From: a virus
IMG/VR virus record: IMGVR_UViG_3300017963_000011
Span: 32,001-96,000 of that record
DNA: 64,000 bases
Reading direction: 5' to 3' (one strand)
The notes under the pieces are model-generated. The model was given only the letters and a program-made list of their open reading frames with translations. It searched no databases and was not told where the DNA came from. Shown in pieces: positions 38,682 through 48,210 of this stretch. Made by a program: the position numbers and the translations under genes. Each line of letters begins with the position of its first letter. Within the stretch, counting starts at the first letter, position 1.

Positions 38682-38690
38682 TGTGATCAC

Positions 38691-38906
38691 CTATTCCTGA
38701 TTGCGGGCCAGCGCTGCGTTGGCCCACATGATGCCTTCCTCGATCTTCCTGATCGCGAGCGTTTGCTCGGCGCACTGCGGCGTGTACTTGAGGATCGCCT
38801 CAGCCGTGATCTTGCCCATGTTGCGGAGACTCTCGAACTTGTGGATGTTCTCTTCCTGCGGTTTGTGGTACGTGAAGATCCTCTTGATGTCGGCTTCCGT
38901 GATCAT
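38691..38906 (-). CDS. Acb2/Tad1-like helical-hairpin protein (candidate immune-signal sponge)
   Basis: 71 aa; FTYHKP...TLAIRKIEEGIMWANAALARN pattern; SD GAGG. Confidence 0.65.
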   Translation of the reverse strand: MITEADIKRIFTYHKPQEENIHKFESLRNMGKITAEAILKYTPQCAEQTLAIRKIEEGIMWANAALARNQE

Positions 38907-39146
38907 TTCTGTCCTCTCAGTATGCACCCTCGGGAGCGCGCCACGGGGACAGGATGGCATCTCTCCCGAGAGCGACTTTCAGTCCCCTGAGCCAGCCATG
39001 GCTATCGGCCTATCGTGCGCTAAGTATTCTACCCTAGCGCAAGGTAACGGAGCGCTACCACCGGCTGATCCTGGGAAGTATATCCTGCCCCTTTCCCAGG
39101 CCACCGTGTCAGGTCACTTTTTCAACACGGTGGTAGCGCTACCACT

Positions 39147-40112
39147 TTACTTCTTCTTGCCCTTGCCAGCAGCGAGCACGTCCTTGATGACGGAGCGCCA
39201 CTCGTTGATCTCTTCCAGGTTGAGCTTGAGGGCTTCCTGCGCGCCAGCGTCGAGGACGAGGCTCTTGCGCTTGGCGAGCTTCTTGGCGTCCTGGAACTTG
39301 CCCTGGAGATTGGTGGTCGTGTTCTTGACGAACTTGATGAACAGTTCCACCGGGTCTTTCCGGCCGGGATCTTCGTCACCGAGCAGCTTGGCCCGGTCCT
39401 TCATCACGCTCTCGCGGAACTCGCGGCTCGTCTGGTCGGCGATCTTCTTTTGGTTCTTCTCTAGGTACTTGACCGGGTTCGGGTGGGCCAGGACGGCGAA
39501 CAGCTTGTACTGGCCATCGACCGAATCGAGGAGTTCGGGCTTGTCCTTGAAGGTCTTGTACGCTTTGATGTACCGGATGCAGACGGAGCGCTCGTAGTTG
39601 ATCTTCTCGCGGCACCACTTGTCGAAGTCGTCGGGTGTGAGGATCTCCTGGACCTCTTGCATGAGGGGTGCCGACTTCATCACGAGATTGACGAAGGCCG
39701 TGCGGGTCTTGTCCTTGAGGTCGTTGATCTTGACCGCTGCCTCGGCGGCCCTCTTCTTGGCCTCCTTCGCCGAGACTGCCTTCTTCTCGGGCTTGGCGAG
39801 CTTCTTGCCGACCTTCTTCTTGACCTTCTCCTTCGGCTTCTCGGCCTTGATCTTGAGGGGCTTCTTGACCTTCTTCTTCTTGCTGGCGAGCTTCTTGACG
39901 GCCGCCTTCTTCTGCTCGGCCGTGGGCTTTTTCTTGACTACCTTCTTCTTGACCACCTTCTTCTTGGCAGCGGCCTTCTTGACCACCTTCTTCTTGGCAG
40001 CGGCCTTCTTCTTCGGGCTGGACCCCTTGCACTTCTCGGCCTGATCGCAGAGTTCGCACTCGAAGTCGTTCTCGTCGTAATTTCCGAATCGGTCGCACTT
40101 GTCCTTTGCCAT
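39147..40112 (-). CDS. Lys/Ala-rich histone H1-like protein with N-terminal Cys cluster and a C-terminal helical DNA-binding-like domain
   Basis: KKAAAKKKVV repeats; four N-terminal Cys; FDKWC...RYIK resembles DUF3102-like domains; SD GGAGGT. Confidence 0.65.
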   Translation of the reverse strand: MAKDKCDRFGNYDENDFECELCDQAEKCKGSSPKKKAAAKKKVVKKAAAKKKVVKKKVVKKKPTAEQKKAAVKKLASKKKKVKKPLKIKAEKPKEKVKKKVGKKLAKPEKKAVSAKEAKKRAAEAAVKINDLKDKTRTAFVNLVMKSAPLMQEVQEILTPDDFDKWCREKINYERSVCIRYIKAYKTFKDKPELLDSVDGQYKLFAVLAHPNPVKYLEKNQKKIADQTSREFRESVMKDRAKLLGDEDPGRKDPVELFIKFVKNTTTNLQGKFQDAKKLAKRKSLVLDAGAQEALKLNLEEINEWRSVIKDVLAAGKGKKK

Positions 40113-40113
40113 C

Positions 40114-40677
40114 CTATACCTCCGTGGTAACGGCTCTGGTCGCCTTTCGGATCTGTTTGAGTATGGGTTTCACCTGATGCGTTTCCAGGTAGAGTTCCTC
40201 GCCTATTTCACGCTTGGACATCCCCGCCAAGCGCCCGATGAACACGCGTTTCTGGATCGGACTCAGCCTCTCCATCACTTCCTCGATTATGTCGTGAACG
40301 ACTCCCTTCAATCCAACCATGCTCGGCAAGAGTGGTACGGTAGTTAGGTTCTTACGTCTCAGAAATCTATGCCGAAGGATCATCTTGATCCTATTGTGCG
40401 CTGCATCCCAGAAATACTTGAAGAATGAAAAGCTCTCGTAGCACTCTTGGCATCGTCGGGCGCACTGCCAGAGAACTTCGTCGAGCAACACCGCGACTTC
40501 CTCACCTTCCTCCCAAACGACTCGGCCATACTGTTTGCCGATCTTGTAGTATACTCCGAGCACCCGACTTCTCAAACTATTAAATGCACGATCACGTTCA
40601 ATCGGACACGCGCCTGCACGATTAATAGCCCGGACCTCGAATTTCCATTCATCCCCTTCCAGTCTTTTCCGCTCCAT
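40114..40677 (-). CDS. Phage sigma factor-like protein
   Basis: Region 2-like FFKYFWDAAHNRIK and region 4 HTH LSPIQKRVFIGRLAGMSKREIGEEL. Confidence 0.65.
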   Translation of the reverse strand: MERKRLEGDEWKFEVRAINRAGACPIERDRAFNSLRSRVLGVYYKIGKQYGRVVWEEGEEVAVLLDEVLWQCARRCQECYESFSFFKYFWDAAHNRIKMILRHRFLRRKNLTTVPLLPSMVGLKGVVHDIIEEVMERLSPIQKRVFIGRLAGMSKREIGEELYLETHQVKPILKQIRKATRAVTTEV

Positions 40678-42455
40678 TAGCGCCTTAGACCTTTCGCGAT
40701 CTGGCGAAGAGTTTTTGAGTTGATGAACTTCAAAAAATTCTTTCGCTCCCTAAGACACTTCCTCACCGGCATGTCGATTGACGACATAGCCAGAAGATCG
40801 TACACTACCACCTTTCCCCCGTGTAGCTGCTTGGCCTTGTTGTCGTAGTTGCGGGCCTCTGCCTGTTCACGCTCGGCGAGTAAGTGCCGATTCTCGTAGA
40901 AGACCATGTACTTGGCCTGCGAGAGGCTCAGTCCCATACTCAGCATCGTTGGGTTGGCAACCATCACCGAACAGTTGTCGTCGTTCTGGAACTTGTACTT
41001 CTGCTCGTGCCGCTCCCTGTCCGTCATTGTGCCATCGACACCGGACACCAGAGCGTAGTTAATCCCTTCCTTTATTAACATGTTCCTGATCATGTCCATC
41101 GTCTCGTGGTGGAAGCCCCAGACCACGATCTTACGACCCTTGCGGATCACTTGATCGAGGATCTCTCGGAGCTTCTTCAGCTTTGGATTGTTCGGGAACA
41201 AGTAGCGAGTACCGTCTGGCAAATACATGAAGCCGGATGTGATCTGAACCATCTTCATGGTCTTGGTCAGGATCGTGGCCTCGATGATCTGCCCATCTAT
41301 CTCGGTTGCAAGTTCTTCGCAGAGTTCTCGATGTGCTTTCTTCTGCTCCTTTGTTAGCTCGACCTTGCCTGTAGTGTAGAGCCGGTCGGGCATGTCATGA
41401 CATTCCTCGATGCGCACCTTGTGAGAGAACTTGTTGATGCGGCGCCATAGTTCTTTTTGGTTCTCGCGCCTTGGTCTGTCGTAGATCTGGTGGCCACCGA
41501 TGGTCTTGAAGATGCAATACTGCGCTCCGAAGCCATCCTCATCTTCCGGGAAGATGTAGTTGTTAATGATCTTCATCTGCTGGTAGGCGTCCAGCGGCGA
41601 CTTCGTGATGATGGTCCCTGTGAGCCCCACCCTGCGTGGTATCCAGCGGCGTAGCTCCAGCATTCCTTGCGTGCGTGCTGACGTCCTGTGCTTGAACAGA
41701 TGGATCTCATCCACGCAGAGCATGTCGAAGTTGAATTCCTTGAAAGCCTTAACGAGTTCTTGATTGCGTAGCGAGTCCGTGTTTGTGATGTAGAGATCAG
41801 CGTGGCCTGGCACACGGCGAACGTATGGACCATCTACCACCGTGATCTGATCGTCTCGTTGTAGCGCTACCATCTGTTGCTTTGTGCCGGTCCCGAGGAT
41901 GAGACACTTGAGGTCTGTGAAGTCAGAACACTCCTGAACCCAATTAATGCGAATGTCCTTGGGGCACACTACCAGACCGCGTTTCACGATCCCCTGCTGT
42001 TTCAGAAACTCGAACGCTGAAGCGAATGCATAGGTCTTCCCCGTGCGCATGTCCCAGAGAAGCATCACCCCGGAGCAGTTGATGATGAGGCGGAAACCGA
42101 TTAGCTGATTGTTCCACGGCTTGACCTTGAACTTGTAGAAATCGATCTCCTGATTCGGCATCCTCTTGATCTTGCGAATGCGATCGGCGATCTCCTTCGT
42201 TTCGTCGAATTCTCTCTCTGCTGCTTTGAAATCCCGTATCAGATCCGGGTGGATCTCGATCTTCCTGAAGCGGTCCTGGAGCGTCTCTATCACCTGTACG
42301 TTACACGGTAGCATGAAGCCGTTCCAGGACTCGTGAAACTTGGCCTCCCTCTTGAAGATGCGCAGGATCTTGAAGTATTGCTTCTCCGAGAAACCCTTGA
42401 GTAGCAGACAGTGCGGGCTGCGCACGCGCTTGATCGTCATAGCCATGGATCGCAC
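40677..42455 (-). CDS. SNF2-like superfamily 2 helicase
   Basis: DMRTGKT, VDEIH, LTGT, MGLSL, QAEAR. Confidence 0.9.
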   Translation of the reverse strand: MRSMAMTIKRVRSPHCLLLKGFSEKQYFKILRIFKREAKFHESWNGFMLPCNVQVIETLQDRFRKIEIHPDLIRDFKAAEREFDETKEIADRIRKIKRMPNQEIDFYKFKVKPWNNQLIGFRLIINCSGVMLLWDMRTGKTYAFASAFEFLKQQGIVKRGLVVCPKDIRINWVQECSDFTDLKCLILGTGTKQQMVALQRDDQITVVDGPYVRRVPGHADLYITNTDSLRNQELVKAFKEFNFDMLCVDEIHLFKHRTSARTQGMLELRRWIPRRVGLTGTIITKSPLDAYQQMKIINNYIFPEDEDGFGAQYCIFKTIGGHQIYDRPRRENQKELWRRINKFSHKVRIEECHDMPDRLYTTGKVELTKEQKKAHRELCEELATEIDGQIIEATILTKTMKMVQITSGFMYLPDGTRYLFPNNPKLKKLREILDQVIRKGRKIVVWGFHHETMDMIRNMLIKEGINYALVSGVDGTMTDRERHEQKYKFQNDDNCSVMVANPTMLSMGLSLSQAKYMVFYENRHLLAEREQAEARNYDNKAKQLHGGKVVVYDLLAMSSIDMPVRKCLRERKNFLKFINSKTLRQIAKGLRR

Positions 42456-42910
42456 TCTCCAAACTTGAGCTTCAGCCCGTTCTTGAAGATCACAAGCCCT
42501 GACTTTGCAGCAACTAAGTTGCGAGCTTCTAACCAGATCCGCCCGTGGTAGGCTTCTAGTGCGTATTCTATGGCCTTGTACTCTCGTGAAAGAGGTGACG
42601 CGAGGCCGCCGTGGAATAGGACGATCTCTTCCTTGCCGAGCTTGGAAAGATTGAACAACATATTCCTAACCGTGCATCGTAGATCGGTCAGGATCAGTCC
42701 GGGCGACCCTACCTCCACGACGACCTCGCATCGAAATAGAGTGATACAGTATTGGAGCAGTTCCATGACGTGCTTGTTGGCTTTCTTGAGTGAGCAGTAA
42801 TCCTCGGCGCGTTTCAGTTCGATCTGAAGGCCAACCGGCAGCGTACGGCCGGCCAGAATTTTCCTTATCATCTTCTTTATGCGGGCCGCACGTCGCTCGG
42901 CTGCGTTCAC
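42437..42910 (-). CDS. Hypothetical protein
   Basis: Packed ORF. Confidence 0.5.
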   Translation of the reverse strand: MNAAERRAARIKKMIRKILAGRTLPVGLQIELKRAEDYCSLKKANKHVMELLQYCITLFRCEVVVEVGSPGLILTDLRCTVRNMLFNLSKLGKEEIVLFHGGLASPLSREYKAIEYALEAYHGRIWLEARNLVAAKSGLVIFKNGLKLKFGECDPWL

Positions 42911-43285
42911 TCAGATCACCTTGACCTTGTGGACCTGCTTCGTGTTCTCCTCCTTGAGCTTCTTTTCAAGCTCGTCGAAGTCCTTGCCGAACTCCTCGCA
43001 GAGTTCTTGTGCCACGGTCTTCCAGGAGATGGAGGTCTTGGGGCCTTCGGTCACGATGAGTTGCAGCTTGCCCTCACCTTTGGCGCTGCGTTTTCCATCC
43101 TTGTGCGCCTCGATAAAGAGGTTTTCCAGGTCTTCCTTGCGCGACTTCTCGAACTTGAGTTTTGCAGCCCACTTGGCCATTGTGCGCACGATGTTCTGGA
43201 ATTCCTTGAGAGCTTCTTGCGTGACGAACTTCCCCTTCGTCACCTTGATCTCGTCCTCGAACATGAGACCGTTTTGCTTTGCCAT
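42911..43285 (-). CDS. Hypothetical protein
   Basis: SD AAAGGAG before MAKQNG; good codon bias. Confidence 0.55.
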   Translation of the reverse strand: MAKQNGLMFEDEIKVTKGKFVTQEALKEFQNIVRTMAKWAAKLKFEKSRKEDLENLFIEAHKDGKRSAKGEGKLQLIVTEGPKTSISWKTVAQELCEEFGKDFDELEKKLKEENTKQVHKVKVI

Positions 43286-43408
43286 TGTCAACGCTCCTTT
43301 CCGTACCTGTGTACGATTGTAACCATGCAGCGCCACCTTGTCAATCTCTTTTTTCCAGTCTGACTCGGCAGTTTTCACCGGGCCAGTGGTAGCGCTACCA
43401 TCCTCTAC

Positions 43409-43504
43409 TTAGTAGTTGCCACGAATGGCGAGCCACTTTTCGATCAGTTTGTACAGCACCAGCACCACCAGCACGACTAGCGGCGGCACGAAGATCTCGA
43501 CCAA
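43409..43504 (-). CDS. 31-aa membrane peptide (not in ORF track)
   Basis: AAGGAG SD, TTG start, MVEIFVPPLVVLVVLVLYKLIEKWLAIRGNY. Confidence 0.5.
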   Translation of the reverse strand: MVEIFVPPLVVLVVLVLYKLIEKWLAIRGNY

Positions 43505-43654
43505 GGAAGACTCCTTCTCTTTGTATACATATATACCCGTAGCCTAGCTCAGGAGAATCTATCTCCTACTCCGTAGGAGTAGGGATAGATAATCATGATA
43601 GATAGAGAGTAAGAAAGAGAGGGGGTGTGGGGGAGAGAAAGGGAGAGAGAAAGA

Positions 43655-43876
43655 TCACTCCCTTTTCACACCGTCTCCACACCATTCCGCTCGGACTGTT
43701 TGAGGCCACCTCTTGGTGACGACATCGAATCCTGAGTTTGGATTGCGGTATTTCACCACCACCGGGGCGTGCCGGCGGCACTCTCCGTCGATTGGATCAT
43801 CGTCGGGCTCGGTTGCACCGTCGATGATGGGCGACCAGAACTTGCAGTCGTCACAGTGGACGCATTCACTCGCCAT
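43655..43876 (-). CDS. Small Cys-rich protein
   Basis: CDDCKFW...GECRRHAP...WP...WCG motif common in phage small proteins. Confidence 0.6.
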   Translation of the reverse strand: MASECVHCDDCKFWSPIIDGATEPDDDPIDGECRRHAPVVVKYRNPNSGFDVVTKRWPQTVRAEWCGDGVKRE

Positions 43877-44038
43877 CCTTCACCTCCCGCTTGTAGCAGT
43901 TCTCGTATTTCCTGATCCGTTTCTTCTCTGCTTGGATCATATCGCAGATGAGAGTCCTTGGCATGTTCTGGCTCAAGTCATAGTCATCCAGGTCATTGGT
44001 CACTGTGAAGACTTCACCCCCGCAGATGATAGCTAGTT

Positions 44039-44386
44039 TCATCGAAGCTCCTTTTCGGTCAGTTCTTTGTTCTTGCGCAGTTCGGGGAAATACTGGTCGA
44101 CCAGTTGTTTGGCATGCCAGTTGGCTTGCTCGAACATCTCGGGCTCGCCGTCCCAATCGTACATGGTCACGTGTGCGCTGTCGAATTCGAGTTCGCGCCT
44201 CATCTTCTTCAGGATCGAGGTGCGGTTCCACTTGAACGCCTCACGCTCGATCTCGTGTACGGTGAGGCAAGATTGGAATTCTCTGAGCAGCACATTGATG
44301 ATCTTGTACCTGCCGACTCGATGCTTCACCGAGATCGAGAGCCTTGGCACACCGTCCTTGCTCACTGTCGCTTTCATTCTTGCCAT
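44039..44386 (-). CDS. Hypothetical protein
   Basis: Starts MARMK after palindrome A and SD. Confidence 0.5.
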   Translation of the reverse strand: MARMKATVSKDGVPRLSISVKHRVGRYKIINVLLREFQSCLTVHEIEREAFKWNRTSILKKMRRELEFDSAHVTMYDWDGEPEMFEQANWHAKQLVDQYFPELRKNKELTEKELR

Positions 44387-44656
44387 GTCAACCTTCCTAA
44401 TCTCGGCGCCGAGAATGCCACCACTCGGGAGGCTGGCCGACACCGCCATCGAAGAGATCGCACTTTGGTTGATCCCCGGAGTTCTTGAGGTCAGGGTTGT
44501 TTCCGTAGGGGCACTTCTTGCCCCACCAGAGCTTGCACTGTTTGCACTGCATTGTAGCGCTACCACCATTCCGCTGTTACGAGAAGAAGTGTAAGTACGA
44601 AGCCGACGATCAGGCCGGCGGCGATCGGGCCGGGCGGGATCTCCCACCACGGTGCT

Positions 44657-45055
44657 TCATCCAAGTGCTTCCTCGGTCGAGAAGGCGATGCGGCTCCGGT
44701 CAGTGAGGAAAGAGACGTAGCAGTTAACGAGGGCCTGGTGCCACGTGTTCGCCCAGCCACGGTAGGTCGTTTCGTATTCGGAGTATTCACCCCGCTCGAT
44801 GAACTCGCATTGGATGCGGTACATCTTCTTGGCTTTCGAGAAGCCGTGACTTCTCCCGCCGACTCCAGCATGGCCGAAGTACCATGCGGTTGCTCGGGTG
44901 AGGAGATCCCAGAAGGCGATCTTTTCAGCGAGGTTGCCGGCGTGGTATTCCTTGCCCCCGTTGTCATATTCTTTCGGCCGGCGCATCTCTCCGTAAAGGC
45001 TGCTCGCTTCGATTTTTTCCGGCGCTTTGCTCTCGCTCGTTTTCTTCCCATTCAT
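44657..45055 (-). CDS. Hypothetical protein
   Basis: SD AAAGGA. Confidence 0.55.
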   Translation of the reverse strand: MNGKKTSESKAPEKIEASSLYGEMRRPKEYDNGGKEYHAGNLAEKIAFWDLLTRATAWYFGHAGVGGRSHGFSKAKKMYRIQCEFIERGEYSEYETTYRGWANTWHQALVNCYVSFLTDRSRIAFSTEEALG

Positions 45056-45236
45056 CCGGTTCCTTTCTGACTCTACAGATCCGAAAGTTGTACTTGCGCT
45101 GATCGGGCCGGTCGATTATACTACGGACTGAAGCTGGCGTCGGGGGCGAACCCCCCAGCCCCCGGTGCTTGCTCCGTTCAAGACTCACCACCTTTCCGAG
45201 CCCCCTGAACCACCAGACAGGGGGCTCGAACTTTAT

Positions 45237-45265
45237 TTGACATCTTTCATCCCAGGATGTATACT
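45237..45265 (+). promoter_or_regulatory. Near-consensus sigma70 promoter
   Basis: TTGACA-N17-TATACT. Confidence 0.7.
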
Positions 45266-45376
45266 CTTGTTAACCGGCTTGTCCGGTTCTTTGGCTCCCG
45301 TCCGGTGCGTTAGCATCGGCCCCTAGCGGTTCTTGGCAGATCTGTTGGGACGGGGGCCAAAAATCTTTATTAGCAC

Positions 45377-45405
45377 TTGACTTATGTGCGACTCTGGTGC
45401 ATAGT
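45377..45405 (+). promoter_or_regulatory. Second sigma70-like promoter
   Basis: TTGACT-N17-CATAGT upstream of the AAGGAG SD of 45440. Confidence 0.5.
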
Positions 45406-45439
45406 ATAGCACTGCCAAGAACAAGGCTAAGGAGTCAAG

Positions 45440-46438
45440 ATGCTAACCGAGACACTCAGAAAGTTCCACCGCTCGCAGAGCGGTTCGCCCGTATTCTCAC
45501 TCCCTTCCGGGAAGCGCGTTGATCTGCGAGAGAAGCGCTCTCGGCAGGATCTTGCCAAGTGGATCGCCGAGCAGTTCAACGGCGATCTTGATGCGGCCGA
45601 CGACGCAGTGAGTTCTGTCATGGCAAGGGCATTGAGGGAAGCCCGAGCCCCTTGGCCATACCTCCTATCGGCTCTCCGTGGTATCGCCGAAGAAGCTGAC
45701 ACGAGAGAGCCTCTTTCTCGCCAATGCACGAATGCCATGTTCTCCTCTCGCATCGGCAAGTGCCACTACCGCATCGCTCGCAATGTGCTCGGCGACCTTA
45801 CCGACCCCCTCACCCTTAGTGGCCGAGAATACAACCTGTCAAATTCCGACGACTACTCGCTGGCCGTTCAAGAACTTCTAGGCGATGACCCTTTCCCGCT
45901 GTTCATGGCCACTGCCCCTCAGTTCGCCAAGTTCATTACGAGCCGGCGCCTCGTCGATGACTTGATCCAGTACCGTGCCATCACCAACGACGTGAGCGAG
46001 GCAAAGGAAGCTCAGGCTACCTTTCTCGGCTTTGTCGGGCAGGCACTTGCACAGTGTGTTTTGACGAATGAGTTCCGTGAATGTCTCAAGGTCATCAAGA
46101 GCTTCTATTCCCGGTTCTTCCACCCGGCTATCCTCGGGGTGAGGGTGCCGGGTATCGGAGTCATGCGCTGTCTTAGCAACGCAGGCTATCGTGAGTTTCT
46201 CCACGCCCTCTTCAGGCACCGGCAGGATCACGAACTCCTACGCTCCGATTGGTTGCGGCAGGCGTTGCACCTGGGCATCGTAACGAACCCTATTTCGTGG
46301 CTCGTGTTCATACTCACCCGGAACGTTGATACCGCCGAGGACTGGATGGATGTCCAGTGGTATGATACAATTAAGATGACGCAGGAGTTTGGACTCAGGC
46401 GTGTAACTGAGCTTTTCCCGAATCTGGTGGCGGTATGA
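45440..46438 (+). CDS. Hypothetical protein (opposite strand to its neighbours)
   Basis: 332-aa ORF with SD AAGGAG and its own promoters. Confidence 0.7.
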   Translation: MLTETLRKFHRSQSGSPVFSLPSGKRVDLREKRSRQDLAKWIAEQFNGDLDAADDAVSSVMARALREARAPWPYLLSALRGIAEEADTREPLSRQCTNAMFSSRIGKCHYRIARNVLGDLTDPLTLSGREYNLSNSDDYSLAVQELLGDDPFPLFMATAPQFAKFITSRRLVDDLIQYRAITNDVSEAKEAQATFLGFVGQALAQCVLTNEFRECLKVIKSFYSRFFHPAILGVRVPGIGVMRCLSNAGYREFLHALFRHRQDHELLRSDWLRQALHLGIVTNPISWLVFILTRNVDTAEDWMDVQWYDTIKMTQEFGLRRVTELFPNLVAV

Positions 46439-47001
46439 GTAAAGATCCAGCAGTCGAGGTCTATGACGACGATGATGAGTTCTTCGATACCGAGGAAGAC
46501 GAGGAACTCACTAGCGTTCAGAAGGTTTGGAGAGCCCGGCAAGTAGCCGTGTTCTTCTGCACCGGCAAGAACTTCGAGGACATCGCTCAAGAACTTGAAG
46601 TGACCGCTGACACGGTGCGTCGATGGTTCAACACGCCCGAGTGTCAGAAGGTCATCAACAAGATCCAGCACAGCGACATCAAGCTGGCTCGGAATAGTCT
46701 CCGTGAAGTTCTCCCTGATTTCTGCGATCGGCTCAAGACCGACATCCAGAACGAGGGCGATAACACGTACCAAGCGATGAAGCTGTACGCCAAGGTGATG
46801 GGCCTTGATGAGCGGCAGAAGGGCACGGACGCTGCGCTCTCGAACTACGAGGAAGTCATGCGCATGGTCTTTGGCGATGACGATGAGGATGACATCACCG
46901 AAATCGCGCATCCTAGTCAACTCCTTTCTGAGACAACAGAAACCAACTCTCACGATGATGACGATGAAGAGGAGGCTTCTAGCGAGGTAGACGACACATA
47001 A
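46435..47001 (+). CDS. HTH protein, terminase-small-subunit-like
   Basis: FEDIAQELEVTADTVRRWF HTH followed by helices; acidic termini. Confidence 0.55.
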   Translation: MSKDPAVEVYDDDDEFFDTEEDEELTSVQKVWRARQVAVFFCTGKNFEDIAQELEVTADTVRRWFNTPECQKVINKIQHSDIKLARNSLREVLPDFCDRLKTDIQNEGDNTYQAMKLYAKVMGLDERQKGTDAALSNYEEVMRMVFGDDDEDDITEIAHPSQLLSETTETNSHDDDDEEEASSEVDDT

Positions 47002-47048
47002 CTGAGATGCACGCAATCGAGCGAACGATGCGTCTCTACATACTGAGC

Positions 47049-47543
47049 TTATCTGAACCCTGCCAGAGTGGCGGGGTTTAGTGTTAGTAGCCTCCTTTTC
47101 CTGGGCGACTCCTTGAAGCTGTAGTAGTCATCCTCTCCGATGATGATGTGGTCGAGCACCTCGATCTTGAGGAAGGCGCAGAGCATCACCACTGCCTTAG
47201 TGAGCATCACATCCGGCATACTGGGCTCAGGCCCACAGCCGGGGTGGTTGTGGAAGATGACGATCTTCTTGCCGCCCACCATGATGATGTGGCGTAGCAG
47301 GGCAGTGATATCTACCACTGACATGTCAGAGTCTCCAGCGTTGATCTGAGACTCGCCGATGTACCTCTTCTCCAGGTCCAGCGCTACCACCAGGAAGCGC
47401 TCGTTGGTGTACTTGCCGATGGCCTTCCTGCCGTGCTCGGCGATGTCGCAGACGTACTCGAAATTGATGTGGTCGATGCGTCGGTCAGTCGTCTTCCAGA
47501 CGACCTCGAATTCTTTGGCGAATCTAGGCGTCTCCTCCTCCAT
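47049..47543 (-). CDS. radC: RadC-like JAB/MPN domain protein
   Basis: NERFLVVALD, IFHNHPG..PEPS.PD, EVLDHIIIG. Confidence 0.9.
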   Translation of the reverse strand: MEEETPRFAKEFEVVWKTTDRRIDHINFEYVCDIAEHGRKAIGKYTNERFLVVALDLEKRYIGESQINAGDSDMSVVDITALLRHIIMVGGKKIVIFHNHPGCGPEPSMPDVMLTKAVVMLCAFLKIEVLDHIIIGEDDYYSFKESPRKRRLLTLNPATLAGFR

Positions 47544-48210
47544 CGTCGTCCACCTCCAGTGCTCGACCATCGCTGGTGTGCATGAGTGCGCAGGCCATGC
47601 AGACGTAGATCCTGCGGCCATATTTCTCGCTTTCTTGTGGATCGTATTCGAGGATCTCCCCGCACTCGGAGCATTCGATCGGATCATTGTACTCGTCATA
47701 GATTGCCAGGACCAGATCGTCATCCACAGTACACGTTTCCTTTCGGGTAGGGGTAGGCGATGGTCTTGCCGTCTTCGGTCTTGATCTCTCCGTGCTTGAT
47801 CTTGTCCGTCTTGCCCAGGAAGAAATCGTGACGGATGTTGTGATCGGGGCACTCGATCGTGCCATCCTGATTGAAGATGAAGACTAGCTTCTCGGGCTTA
47901 TCCACATCGTTGTCCACAGTATCCACACCCTCTCATTCTCGGCGCCGAGATTAGTTGACCTCTGGGTGGCTGCTTGCGTAGAGGTTGATCTCGGCCCACC
48001 ATACGAGGTAGTCGTCGTCCTTTGACCAGAGCCAGTTCCAGTAGTGGTGCTCCCCCGGCCAGTTAGGCCGGTCCCGCATTAGATAGTGGAAGGACTCAGG
48101 GTCATCCTCGAATAGCAGGAACAGCCTCTGGCGCAAGAGGCGGAACTCCAGCTTCTTCTTGTACTGGTAGAACAGAACCCTCTTGCGCCTGACCGGATCG
48201 AAGACCCAAC

